A stretch of 62,634 nucleotides of DNA, filler included, from Sphacelaria rigidula (GCA_964200075.2; 8 parts of 8 records of this genome joined end to end with filler, not necessarily neighbours in it), one strand, 5' to 3'; numbered from the whole stretch's first letter, positions 35,951 through 49,479 are shown. Numbers and translations: made by a program. Notes: generated from the letters alone by a model not told the origin.

Positions 35951-38900
35951 GTTTGATGTTGTTCATTTTTCAGTTGCTGCGTATGGTTTCTGGCCATAAC
36001 CCATGCTACACCGGGAATTGAACAGAGCTTTTAAAATCGACGTGTAGAGAGGAGGACGGCCGTCCCGACCATCCGGCCTTTGACCAGAGCGTCGTCGTAC
36101 AGCGGTGCGTTCGAACAGGAATATCTCAACAACGGCTTTGTCAAACGCGCACCAAACGCAGCGATTCAAGTTTTGCGACCGTGGAGATTGTCTTGTGTAA
36201 TCGTGTACGTGCAGAATACTAAAATTCTGATTCACAGTAGACTACCCGCCGTAACAGACGGTCTGACTGCAGGAATGGCATTCACTTTGATCCATTCGCC
36301 CTGAATACTGTAAGCGACGAAAGCCCAGGTGTCGTCAGAGCAATCATGTCCCCGCGTTCACGCCGAAAAACTTCCCTGCGAATATCGCGCAACGGGTGAA
36401 CGAGTGAATAAATTAATTATACCCATGTTTTTTGAGGCTAATCATCTCTCGTTCACGAGTACTGCATTCGAGTACTTTTAGGACAGCTTAAGGTACAGCT
36501 CCGGTACACGGTAGCCTTAACTGCCTCAACGTAATGACCACATTGGATAAAGTAAGGCGGGCCTGTGACCGACCAGAACATTGTTTCCTCATGATGCTTA
36601 GTTTTTTTTTTCATCGGTACAGCCGAATTTCCCCAACAATACGCGTCGCGGCCTTAGCAGCTACTTTTGTACTCACGTCTGTACCGAGATCCATCTTCAA
36701 GGCACACTCAAGCTAGAGGTCCATCCTCGAGGCACACGCACAAGCAACAGCCGATGTTAATAGCTAAACCAACGCGGGAACAGCTACCTTCGTACTGTAC
36801 GCCGCTTACCTAGCCAACCATCTAGCTTCTGTGCGTCGCCGGCATACAAATGCTCCTATTTTCCTTGAATTGTCGCCATACCGCACGGAGGAGACACCAA
36901 CAGGGCGCTGGTTGGTACGCTCTTCCCTTGAGACGATTTCATTTAACGAATCGTTACTTGCACCCGACATATCCAGACACCATCGTTCATCACATCGGTG
37001 GAAATACCCAACAATTTTGGGCCTTCCACAGGATGGGCCGAGTGGAAAAAAACGGGCTCCCGACACTGAACCCCGCACCACTGGTACACTTGTGCCATAA
37101 TTCGAAAACGTGTGTCCCAGGATGCCCCCGAAATGTTGCTCTAGTGCGGTACCTCAGTAACAGTTATCCCAGGATGCCTCAAAATTAGTACTTTCCCATA
37201 AACATAGTCATACAGTCTAGGCGGCCTGCGGCAAACCTACGCGGTAGCACTAGAGCTCGCGGAGGGGGTGTTGTAACGCCCACCCGGCCGGCGGATGGCT
37301 AGCGACGCCCACGGTGATCGCTCTCCAAAGTTCCGGCGAGACTACCGAAGACCAGCTTATCGGAGACGTTCGCCTCGATCGCCGGAATGATCAACACTTC
37401 GCTTCATGCAAGCTGACACAGCTTTCACCTTGGGCTGATGCTGGGAGCTGATACAACGTGCAACTTTTGCTGCCACCCGACAGGGCAAGTCTCGGCCGAT
37501 GGGACCACCGCTGGACCGCCTACCTCCACTGCTTACTGCCGCCGCTATGGCGGAGCACTGTCGCCAGCCGGGGAACAAGTTTTGCCCTCTGATAGCACTG
37601 GACGTAGCGCCTTCAAAGTGAGTTTTTTTCAACTTTGCACTCTCGAAGGAGATGTGGCATAACACCCCTCCGTCGGGGTGAGTGATGGTGTTTCAGCCAC
37701 GATAAACTCGAAATATGTCACGGGACACGTGCGCTGTTGTAGCAAGGTCGGAATTCGGAATGTGCTAAAATTATGGTGAGTGGTGAGTGCTTACTGTTGA
37801 TAAACAACGCAAAAATCAAAGCGGTAAAGTGCGCGGACTTCTACCCTCCACACCGCTCTTTCTCGCCTGGAACTCGACGACCAAGCCTCAGCCCATGGTG
37901 AAAACTGTTGGCACGGCGAAGAGTCTTATAAAGGACCCGACCGCGTCATGGATCGCTGGCCGTCGAATGATTATTTACACCAACGGAATACATAGATTAT
38001 CTCCACATTGGTACTTCTCTCTGCTCCTTTCTGGTGTGAAAAGCGCGATTCGCACACACTGCCTTGCGGCAGGCTTATGGCCCATGACATGACGATGATG
38101 GAATCCTCATGACGTACTGAGATTTTTTCTGTCATCCAACATTTTTACATGGCAGCATATCACAGCACGTACATCTCTCTGGCTGTCGAGACATTGCGTT
38201 TCACCCGGCCTCCAAAACCCGTTGCTATGGGTATGAGTCCGCTCATCAAGCATACTCGCGATTTTTTCCCCCTCTTCGAAAATTCTATTGGTCGTTATCC
38301 ACCCATGTTTATGAAACCGCAGCCGGAACCGGTGCTGATATGTAACCCCAGACGGCATGTCTTGTTATGTGGCCGGCCCCATTTTGGCACTGGATTTCTG
38401 CTTGCTGAAAAAAAAACAAGGATAAGACACCCGTCTCTCTTGCATAAACATGCTCAAGCGCAGCCGTGAAATGTGCATGTTCACATGCGTGGATCTTGGG
38501 GAGGGTGCGGGCATGATTATTTTGCCGACATGGTGTATTCGGAATAAGAGATAATCCAAACTCCTGACGCTGCAATACAATTAGTTGCATTGCTCCGCGC
38601 GAAAGCGGAAATTCGTGGAACCGCAGACCGCGAACAGATGTGTGTCAGATGCAGTTAGCTTTACCCGGTCGTTCTGGTCCACCGTGCGTCACGATCGCGT
38701 CTTTTTGCTGACATTCGTGGAACACCTCCCAACCAATGCACGCCAACACGTCGCTGTTTTTGCTGGCCAGCTTCGGAATCGCGGTGTCGAACAAGACCAA
38801 AACGCAAGCGTTTGCAGTCACGGCGGTGGATCGCCTCAACGTGGGCAATAACAACAAATGTAAGCGACAAAATTTCTTCAATAATGATTTCATTCAATGT

Positions 38901-39037
38901 ATTTTATGAGGATTTTTCTTTTTTTCTTCTTTTTTGTTTTCTTGTTCTTCCTTCCTTTCCTTTCCTTTCCCCTTTTTGCGTTGTTTTGTTTGTGTCATGG
39001 TTTTTATTCCTCCCCCCCTCACCCCCCCCCACACACA

Positions 39038-39111
39038 CTCTCTATTAGGAGTAGGAACGGTGCTCCGTCTCGAAAGGGATGCGTGGTCAATGCTCAAACG
39101 ACTGAGGCAAG
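39038..39111 (+). mobile_element. 63-bp element copy 3, with ~25-nt 5' extension, cut by contig end
   Basis: C/CA tract, then ctctctattaggagtaggaacggtg-ctccgtctcgaaagggatgcgtggtcaatgctcaaacgactgaggcaag. Confidence 0.85.
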
Positions 39112-39211
39112 NNNNNNNNNNNNNNNNNNNNNNNNNNNNNNNNNNNNNNNNNNNNTTAATTAATTAANNNNNNNNNNNNNNNNNNNNNNNNNNNNNNNNN
39201 NNNNNNNNNNN

Positions 39212-42200
39212 CTTCCAGGTGACTCCTCACCAACTGCTCTTCCGCCGCTCTCGCCCGACTCCCCGTCTCGTGCAACCAGGTCACGGGGTCCACGGGCGAT
39301 TTCGATCTTTCAACAGTGTTTCGCCTTAATTTCAATTCATCGTCGCTACCCAGCTTTTCCTGCTCCAGAACCTTCATGCCCACATTCTGCCTCTCCACTG
39401 CGCTGTTCAGAGATGAATCGGGCGCGGCGGTTCGTGGGAGCACCGCCCGCCCACCCAAGTCTTGCATCACTGGCAACATCATCGACAATGTATTTGACTC
39501 CTCGACACGGGCCATGGTCCGGTCAAGGTTACTGCGAATGTTAGCGATCGACGTTATGGACATCGTAATGGAATGCTCGGTATTCTTGCGGGGTATGTCA
39601 TCGGGTTCGGAGAAGGCACTCGGGATGTCGAATGATGCTTCAGCACTGTGTTTTCGACCAAGGGATGAGGATCGGCTGGTGCCGTCTCCGCTGGAACCAA
39701 CCCCCAATACGGTAGTGGCTCTCATCAGCGGCTCGTCCTCCAACGTACTGCCGCGTGCGTTCCCCGTGCTAGGCGATACGTGTTCGAATATAGGGCTTAC
39801 CGGCAACACGACCAACTTCCCTGCTGTAGCTGGCAGTTCGGTCGCAATTTCGCCAAACGTGTCATAAAGGTAGTCGTCCACCACTTGCATCTCGCAGGAC
39901 GAACTTGATCCTGCCGCGGTGTTAGTCACCGTGCCATGGAGGTGGCCAGTGATCACTTCAGTTCCGAGGTCAGCAAAGGAAAGTCGGAAAACTGAGTCAC
40001 TATCTCGATTACTTGCCCGTTCTTCTGCCGTCTCCGGCATTCTGTCAGTGTCCAAACTGTCACACTTGATTGTCATTGTGGCTGCCGGCTGCTCGCCGAC
40101 GCCGCAACCCTCTTTAGGCCTTTGGTTTGATGGCACAGACGTAGTTGATGATGCAGCTTTAGTCACCAAGTTGGGCGCCGCCATCGACTTCCCATCAATA
40201 CCTGTTAATGTCGTCACGAGGTCATCAGACATGTCGCAAAGGTAGTCTGTCACGACTTCAGTTTCAGATATTGAGCTTGGCCTTACAGCTGAGTTCCCAG
40301 GCGTGCGTGTTGTTTCCGTCGCAATATCCACCAACGTGTCGCGAAGGTAGTCAGCGATCACTTCAGCCTCTACTTCAACAAGAAGGAGCCGCGATATGGG
40401 GTGACCGTTTGAACTAGCGCCCAGCTCTGCCGAATGCTCCCGTGTTGTCATCCTTCCCATAGTACCATCTTCCGATTCCGGTGACAGCGCAGGTGTACTT
40501 GATAGCTCGGCTGTCTTCGCCTCAGTCACTAGCGACAATTGTTCTTCGCCCGGCACCAATGATATATTGGAGATCCCATTTGTCTCCACATCTGCTCGTG
40601 ATGCAGTAAGGGCAGCTGAGGTCGTATTATTCGCCCGCGGTAGAGCTACGCTCGACGATACTCCTGAATATCTCCTCCGAAGTGTGACGTCCAACGTTTC
40701 CTCCACATAGTCCTCCACAACACGCCGCTCAATCTCAGCAGCTAGATGAGAGGAAGCAGTTCCAACCTTAATTTTGATCGACTCTTCGCCCCCGACTAAA
40801 GTACGAATACCACCATCCACAATGACACCACAATTTGAATTTGTAGATGTAGCGGAGCTATCAATGACTAACCGGACCTTCGTTTCTGTTGACACTTCCT
40901 TGTCAACATCATTGTCAATACCATTAGGATTTGTGGAGGCCATCGATGAGAAAGGGGGGTTGGAGCTGTCGGTCGGACAGCTAACCTCGTCTATTTTTCC
41001 TTTGCCCTGGACGTCACTACCCTGAGAACAAACATCGACTGGCAAAGTCAATTCTGAAGGTTCCGCATTCGGAAAAGGCGAAGGAGCTTCCGACGCTTCC
41101 CATTGTTGATTGATAATCGAGGGATTGCATGTAGTTTGAAATATCGATCCATCGCCGAATGACGGCTGCTTCTTCACGGGTCCAGCCCGTGGTGCGTCCA
41201 AATCTGCCAGACTGTGCCAGGTTTGCGTGAGATAATCGACAGCAACAATAAATTCGAGAGATCTCAGTGGTGCAGTGGGCACCAAACTACTCTGCTGTTG
41301 TTCTTCATCGAGCTCAAGATTGTCGACAGGTTTTGAGCCACTGGACACGATAACTTCTGCTGGTTCTGTTGGCGGTACACAAGCTTCTGGTGCTGCCACT
41401 GTTGATATCGCCGCTACCACCGCCGTGGGCGGCTTCTCATCTCTGATCGAGGGGATCTCGGTAGAGCTTGTGCCGATAGAAGCACACGCCTCTAACGATG
41501 ATGTTGGCCTTGTTGACAACAACTCCCCTATCAATTCTCTCAATTTTCTTTCAAGATAATCGGCAACCACATGAGTCTCGACAAGGTCTATTTCAGACGG
41601 AGGATAAGCACGTGAAGAATCACCAGCTCGAGGCCCATCGCTGCTTCCAACTCGATCATATTCTCTAGCTACCAAGTTTGGGTGTTCGGACGCCGCCGCC
41701 GTGCCTTGAACCGCTTCATGCTTCAGGATACCAGCACCAGTTCCCACAATCGGCTCCGCGACTTCTCCGTCGCTTGTGTCTTCTCCGGCTTGCGCAGATA
41801 CCGCGGGCGTTTCCCAAGCTGTCGTGTGTACTACATCACTTACTTGCTCATTAGCATTGACACCAGTGGGTGTGCTTGTTAAACAAGCAGCCATGATTTC
41901 CGATTCGTCGGCGAACCCGCTGGAGGAATGCTCATCTTCACCTTCAAAAGATGCAGGCGTATCAACCCCATTTGTTGCACGATACCTGGAAACTGCAGCT
42001 TCTACGTTTCTAGCTTCTGCCGTCACGATCACTTGGGGCTTTTTAACCGAGTATGTGGCTTTGTTTGGGTCTTCTTCACGATCCTCATGCAAACCTCCGT
42101 CTTCCGTTATCTGCGTCATAAACTCAATATTGACCGCCTGTGTCTGCGAATGTATCGGCGCCTCCGATGTATCGTTTGTCTCGTCTGGTTTCTTGTTTGG

Positions 42201-42570
42201 AGGTGGATCTGCACCCGAGTCCCGCTCCTCCTCCACATCCACCCCGGATATCATGTCCGTCGCCCCTGCGTTTTCTTTGTCTGCCTCGTCCACATCAGCT
42301 ACGAGTGCCTTGTTGTCAACCTTAACTTGGCATACGTGCTGCTGTAGTGTGCTTGTGTGTTGTAATGGTATTTTATGTTGTTTCCTTTCCTCGACCACGG
42401 CCGCCGGGATTGGGGATGTATAACCTTCTAGTTCTGGTTCCAACATGAGCTGTGGCTCCTGACTGATTTGTGAGCAGGTGTAACTCCAGCTACGCCTTAG
42501 TAGTTCATGAGTTGTGTCCTCCTGATCGCCTGGAGCAGAATATGAGTTATTTTCGTCGCCTCTCTCTTGA
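39212..42570 (-). CDS. Very large exon of an acidic, Ser/Thr/Glu-rich, largely disordered protein with eight ExxVVxDYL-like motifs; runs off the contig
   Basis: Stop-free frame of >1100 codons (ORF 39156-42611 minus the linker). The ORF start is not ATG-supported, so a splice acceptor near 42565 is likely. Confidence 0.85.
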
Positions 42571-43021
42571 TAGCACACTAAAGTATAGCCAATCAAACGA
42601 GGCAGCAGCACCAGGAAATGAATCGTTCATGTAGCACTGTACATACGTACTAGATTACTTTTTTCGAGGGCAATGCTTGTACGGTAAGCCAGTACGTCCG
42701 GCGTGAAATAAAAAATGCCGTCCCTTTATGAAGACGAGACAGAACGGCAGCGTACCTCGAGCAGGCGAAAATGTCGAGGGCAGCAATCCTAGTATTCATC
42801 ATATCGGGTAGGGGGAGCAGCAGTATTTATGATGGAGTGTACCGCACTCGGTGGTATCGACTACAGGGCATGTACGTACTGAAGAATGTGTTATCAGGAT
42901 AGTTGCACGTTTGCCAATATTTGACTGTATTCTGGATGGACGGGTGTGTGTCACTACAGGTGCAACGACGGATGTATGTTGCTGACCTACAATAATACCG
43001 AACTCGTTGCACGAATCTCTG

Positions 43022-43232
43022 TGTAATGCGTGACAGGACCGCGTGCTTAGAGGACCGCATCGGAATTTGAACACCCCTACGGTTAGGGTTAGGATTAGGG
43101 ATAGTGTTGGGGTTAAGGTCAGGGGCGTGGTACTTGCAGGGACTCACCCGATTGGTTTTGAAAAACGTCGATCCTGAGGTATTTTGAACTACGGCGCGGT
43201 CCTCTAAGCACGCGGTCCTCTCACGCATTACA
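43022..43232. mobile_element. 211-bp MITE with TGT...ACA termini, 5-bp TSD CTCTG and an internal TTAGGG-like array
   Basis: TIRs tgtaatgcgtgacaggaccgcgtgcttagaggaccgc / gcggtcctctaagcacgcggtcctctcacgcattaca, with CTCTG at 43017-43021 and 43233-43237. Confidence 0.9.
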
Positions 43233-44621
43233 CTCTGTACCGGCTATGATGGGCCACCCCTCGTAATAATGTCAAGGAAGATGTGACACGACGCTCGCAC
43301 GCGTGCATGACGCTCGCGGTGAGGTTCTCTATCGTTAGCCCCCGATGTCATCAGGCACATTCCGCAACCTCGAGATTGAACTCATTAGGGTGTAGCCTGT
43401 TCTTGCGGCGTCGAAGTGAGAAATCTGCTATCCTACAACAACAGTAGTAGTACTGCACCCTACTGCACCGTACTCGCCCGGTGACTTCGATTATACTGGT
43501 TATTATCGCGTCCAAGGGGGGCGAGCACAACGACTGCATCATGTGCAAGGGCGTGATCTCAGTGGCCTTTGACGACGAGGTGTTCGATAAACACCGAACT
43601 CGCTCAGCAACACTCACACCTACCTGAGGAGCTATAGCTCGATTCTCGCTGGTCGACTGACTTGGCGACACATGAACCTCTCTTGTGGTGACGCGGTCCA
43701 GCCCTCGACCTTCGTGCGACGGCGCACCCTTTGCCGACAGCCCGCTACTGAATCGCAGTGTACAGTGGAGTGGAGTACAGTGGAGTGGAGTACAGTAGTG
43801 TGTACACTATGTCTACATGAGTCGCAGTTCCGTACATCGCCTACGGCTTCCGGCCTGAACATACTCGTCAGCACCTTGCTATTACAATTGGTCTCCCGAC
43901 GATCCGTCTGCGCTCAACCTCAACGGATCCGCCCACTCACTAACCCACTCACCTAACCTCTATGAAGCTTTATCAATGTCGCCTATTCCAATATTATGTT
44001 GCTGCCACCCGTTCCTCCGTGGGTATGCGCCCTGAACACGGAGATGGATCGACAAACATGTGCTGCAATACCGGTGGGGTTAATCTACCGATCCGGCGAC
44101 TGGGCTTGACTGGTTACACCGCAAATTGTTGTATATGTTTTGTCATTGTTCATCCTCACATTCTCATGACGAAACTCAAGACCCGTAGTCCAAAAGAGGA
44201 GCGACTGTCGGAGCATCGTAGGTAGCGGAAACGGGAGGGGTAGTGCTATTACCCTGGGTTAAAAGAGATCGGTAGCGTGCGCATAAGCTCTTCTAAAAAC
44301 ATCATGTTGACAACTTGGTGAAGGCTGCTTATAGAGCATATACATGAGAAATAAGACTGGATATAGTGTGAACAAATAACACGCGATCCAGTTAGTTGCG
44401 GGCTGGTTCAGGCGGACGCCCAAATTTTATTCATCAGCGAATGCCTTTCGCGGAGTCCATCCACTAGGCGCATGCACGATATCATACTGATCGTCATGAA
44501 CAACTGAAGAGGGTGACGCAGACGGGATTTTGTTCGAGGTCATAAGGGAGACGCTAAGGACGAAAATGTACCTCGATCGATCAGCGGCCTTCAGACTGTT
44601 CTGAAATTTAAATCCATTCCT

Positions 44622-44790
44622 ATGTGGAGATCGCCATTTGGGCATGTGCGGAGAGATTTCCTTTTATGACATGTAACCTAGTGAACGGCTTGTTACAGGG
44701 GTAAGTTCGCAGGAGCCCCGAAGCTTCCGTATCTGCACAGCCGAATCTGGGACCCCAAGGTACAGGGTAACAAGGATCTTCTCAGCGAAA
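44622..44790 (+). repeat. ~170-bp direct repeat; second copy at 45197-45368
   Basis: atgtggagatc...ggtaacaaggatcttc.cagcgaaa is near-identical in both copies. Confidence 0.95.
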
Positions 44791-46076
44791 TGCTGACAAT
44801 CGCTGGGGATCACTCTTGACCAAGACTCTCAGACTTCGTCATCGGGCTAACTCGCTCGCGCTCGTCGAGCTTTCCCGAGTGATCCACTCTGCCTCAACCC
44901 CACGACTTACGGTCATTCCTTGACTACATAACCCGAGGCAAATCGTCGGCCACCTTCGACGGTTCCTATCGTCACCGGGAGTCACACGACTTCCACATTG
45001 GCGAACACCAGTTAGTTTCAGACAAGTGTGCGGGGAACACTAGATATTTTTCGGTAGGGTAGATACGGCGACACCTACTACACCGGTCGAGGCGCTCATG
45101 AGAACAAAGAACAAGACGTTGCAAAAATTATCATTCTCTCGAATGGCCGTCGCGAGCCTTCAAAGATGGCCTCGCGGCGCATCAAAGGGTGGGGTGATGT
45201 GGAGATCACCATTTGGGCATGTGCGGAGAGATTTCCTTTTATGACAACATGTAACCTAGTGAACGGCTTGTTACAGGGGTAAGTTCGCAGGAGCCCCGAA
45301 GCTTCCATATCTGTACAGCCGAATCTGGGACCCCAAGGTACAGGGTAACAAGGATCTTCCCAGCGAAAGCATCAGTTTACTATAATCGAGTTTCGCAACG
45401 AAACTTCGCAAGTATTTTCCTTGGACTACCCCGGGACGAATAATACGTCTTTCTCCCCCTTTTTTTAGTTTGAGGCATTCTTCTTCTGTACATTGGCTTC
45501 CATGGGTCTCCACGCCTGGACGCCCGGAAGCCGGTACCGAGAGGAGAAACTTTGATTTTTTTCAACAATCATTTTCCCCATTTGGAGCACCAGTACCCAC
45601 CGAACCGCCCAGTTTAAGGACGATCTTGTTCTAGTGCAGATAAAAGGAAAAGCGTATGGAGGCCTTCTGGGTCGCTGGTGCATAAATATCATCATCAGTG
45701 GAAATACGACGATGCCAAACCCCCTCATCACCGGAACGCCACGGTTTTGGGTGTGTTTGAACCCCATGGCAACCTTGAAAAAATCTCTACCTCCTTCCCT
45801 CAAATTCCCGAGCTGATGATGGTTACCACGATTTGAAACATGTGGAGAGTGATTGAAAATTAAGCTAGATGTGCAAGTCGTGTGACTCCCGGTGACGGTA
45901 GGAACCCCCGAAGGTGGCCGACGATTTGCCTCGGGTTATGTAGTCAAGGATTGACCGTAAGTTGTGGGGTTGAGGCAGAGTGGATCACTCGGGAAAGCTC
46001 GACGAGCGCGAGCGAGTTAGCGCGATGACGAAGTTTGAGAGTCTTGGTCAAGAGTGATCCCCAGGGATTGTCAGCA
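44791..46076. mobile_element. 1.29-kb non-autonomous foldback element with ~208-bp TIRs
   Basis: 44791-44998 (tgctgacaat...cacat) is the reverse complement of 45869-46076 (atgtg...ttgtcagca) at high identity. No transposase ORF. Confidence 0.9.
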
Positions 46077-48367
46077 ATTTACGCGTTGTTGAAAAAGGTG
46101 CTCTACACTAAAATGAACAAGTCAGGAGGTTGTACCGGCACGGCACTTTCGGCGCACTTATCCGCAAAAACCTCACACGCCGGGTTTTAGAGTTGGACTC
46201 CAAAAAATTGAACATGTATACTTGGGGTCATTTCGAAACTTGAGGATAAGGATGTAAAATAATCACACCCTGGACAATATATGGTTAATAGATGCAATAG
46301 ACCGAAAGTATACTGGGTTACGTATAGGCCTATTGCATCTATCATTGTCGGTCGACAATAGTTGCAATAGGCCTGTACTTAATCCAGTATAATTTTGGTA
46401 TATCGCATCTTTTGACCACATGTTGTCCAGGGTGTGAAAATGATACATATACCCAAGTTGCCAGTACAAATAGATACCGCGAGAAGTCAACGCTTGACTT
46501 GTGGAATGTTGCAAGCTAGCTTCCGAGTGCCATCCCGTCAGTGGCTTTTCTCGATCTTGGATGTTTTACTGTGTGGTAGTCCTTGCTGCCCGCGGCTTGT
46601 TGTGATGGGAAAGTTTCGTGTGCACCACTACTGTAGGCATCATGTGAAAACAAACTTTGTACGACTTGAATCGCTTTAGGACACTAGAGTGATGTCTGCT
46701 GAACTATTCTTAATACTCTGTATGTGTGCTGCCCTTGGTCGACTCACGCTGTCCTCTTTTTTTTTTGCGCACCAAAATCAATCGAGACTCGGTCGAGACG
46801 AAGATTTCAAAAGCGAAATCACCCTCCGATAGGGAGGGGGGTTCTTTCGCAATATTTCTTGCACGAACATGCCACTTCATATCGCCATTATAACAGCCAA
46901 TCATCTATGTTGAGGATGGTGCTTTTGATTGAGGATGAGAACCCGGAGGATTANNNNNNNNNNNNNNNNNNNNNNNNNNNNNNNNNNNNNNNNNNNNTTA
47001 ATTAATTAANNNNNNNNNNNNNNNNNNNNNNNNNNNNNNNNNNNNNNNNNNNNAGAAACAAAAAACGTGTGTGCACTAGAATTTTTTTTATTATGCCCTA
47101 CTCATTGTCCGTACCAAATTTCAGGGTCCAACTCCAAGTATTGGCCGTAAAATGGGCCGTTTAGTGGTAGGGTCAGAATAAATTCGGAACAGTATTTTGC
47201 AGGCCATTCACCCGCCCACGTTTGGTGTTTGCGTATTGAAACTTTGTGTGGGGCGTGGCTAGGGCATAATCAACAAAACAAAGTGGGTGAGGTCGTTTTT
47301 TTTATTTTCTTCATTGGTTTAGGGCGTTTAAGTCTGGCAAAGACCATTTTCTCACGAGAACGCCTGACCCTCCCTCTCAAAAAAAAAATGAAGGCCCATT
47401 TTATTTTATTTTCACATACCTCTGTGGTCCTCGATGCTGAGGTTCAAAATACAATTATAAAAATTGAGCTAAAAAAATGAGATAAGGCCCAAAAGCAGTG
47501 TTCATTTCTCCTCAAAACTGCCCCAAAAACCCGAAAAAAATGAAAAATAAATAAATGACAAAGCTGTGTTTATAAGCTTTATTATGCACTAGTGGTTCTC
47601 CATACGAAATTTTATAGCATAACTCTCAAAAACTGAGACGCGATATCCAGGTTCAGCTAATCTAGCGCATCTGCTCGTAATATACTGATTTCAGTATGCA
47701 AACTTATGTGCGCCATATCTCGAGATAGGTTACGAATTAGTTGAAGGTGAGGGTTTATATCGTCTCCCCGTGCTCCAGGGAATGTCCACACCAAAATTCG
47801 TCGTCATCCGCTAAATGCATCGATCGGGGTTCCATAGAGATTGTAGTATGGACGCTATCTTCCTTAGGTATAGGAATTACTAGACATGGGGTTTGATCAA
47901 CGAGAAAATATGGGCTCAACATTTTGAGCAGATGGGCACCTTCCCCTCGGTTAGACGATTAATTCAATATGCGGATCATGATCCAACTCGTCAGTGTCGA
48001 CGAGATGTTGCTTTAAGAGCTTAAATCCGTGTCTAGGCTGCCCCAGCTCGTATGAGAAGTGGCCTAACTCATGGAAAGCAAATCGTAATGTCTTGAAATT
48101 ATTTTTCGATTTTGCCCGTGCGAGTCACCGCATCCATTTTCGAAGAACAGCTCTCAAACCTGAGCTGATAGATATAGATTTAGTACATATCGTGCAATAC
48201 CTTGATCGTATTATGGACTCTTACTCGCACCATATATCTCGATAGATAACTAATTGAATGACGGTGGGGGTATCGATCGCCCGTCGAGATATCTCCGTAC
48301 GGCACTGGATATACTCGATATGGTGTTTGATCATCGACAAAGCATCTGGCCGGGCTGTTCAGTATTT

Positions 48368-48635
48368 AACAGCCGATAATCAAAATTGAGGATGGAGTTT
48401 TTCATTGGGGATGAGATCCGATCAGATGACCGAAATCCCCCAACATTGGTTTTTCACCTAGGATATCAACATTTCGGGTATCGAAATCCGTAGGGCATGT
48501 GGCAGCTGTCAATAGCTACCACTAGGTAAAGGAAAAAACTATATTTCGAAGATTTGGTGTGGATACGCGGATAAAATCCTCCGGGTTCTCATCCTCAATG
48601 AAAAGCTTCATCCTCAATTTCGATGATCGGCTGTT
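48368..48635. mobile_element. ~270-bp MITE of the AACAGCC family; decayed relative at ~53630-53990
   Basis: TIRs aacagccgataatcaaaattgaggatgg / tcatcctcaatttcgatgatcggctgtt, the same terminus as 31209 and 46892. Confidence 0.8.
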
Positions 48636-49370
48636 CATTGGACATCTGCTCCATGACTAGGCAATCAAAAATATATGCGGACCACGGCTCGAAAAGTATG
48701 CGCCGATGAGGTATGACGCTGACAGTCTAAAACCATGTGTATGATGGTATAGCTCGTACCCCAACCGGCTAGTGATGCACCGGTGAAACTTCATGGGATG
48801 TGGCCGTCATCGCAGCCACTTTTTGTACCTACAATTTCGGGGGTAAAGCGCCGTCAAGCTAAGCTACCGTCATGTCGCTGGAACCGAAATGAAAACAAAC
48901 TCAAACTTCTCTCTGTAGCCTGGAGCAAGGTATCAAAGTGACTATTTTCGGGCAAAACCTTGGTTAAAATAGCCTTCCCCCCTCGCACCCACCATCGGAT
49001 GGCTCCTTAGTTGCTTGCGCTCGTCATACCCCAGCCGTTCAACGATACACGGCGGGAGGGCGTTACTGGTGATTCGTCCCCGGGAGACGGAGAAGGACAC
49101 CCGCCTCCCGCCTCACAACATATATTTTCTTTTCGCCTGGTCCAAAGGGGCCTCGGGGGATATAAATATCTTCATATCGAAACCCGGGGATAATCTGTGA
49201 TCATCCCCGGGTACCTTTGTTTCCGCGGAATAGGAAACGAAATCGTCAATATTTGCCCCCCGTCTCGCCCCCCTTTCCCCGCCTATCGTCGAACGACTCG
49301 CCTTTGTCCTTCCTCAACCTCAGCCCGCACGATTTCCGTATTTCCTGACAATTCTCTCGGTGTATGCTAG

Positions 49371-49479
49371 GTTTGTGTCGGTGGAAGATCTCATGTGTTT
49401 GCTGAATGATATCCACAAGACTAATTCCGGCCCCATCGAGCGTGCCCTGAGGGAGGCTGACATCGAATATATTGGCCAG
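49371..49479 (+). CDS. EF-hand protein, exon A
   Basis: TAG acceptor, CAG|GTGCAT donor. Encodes FVSVEDLMCLLNDIHKTNSGPIERALREADIEYIGQ. Confidence 0.75.
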
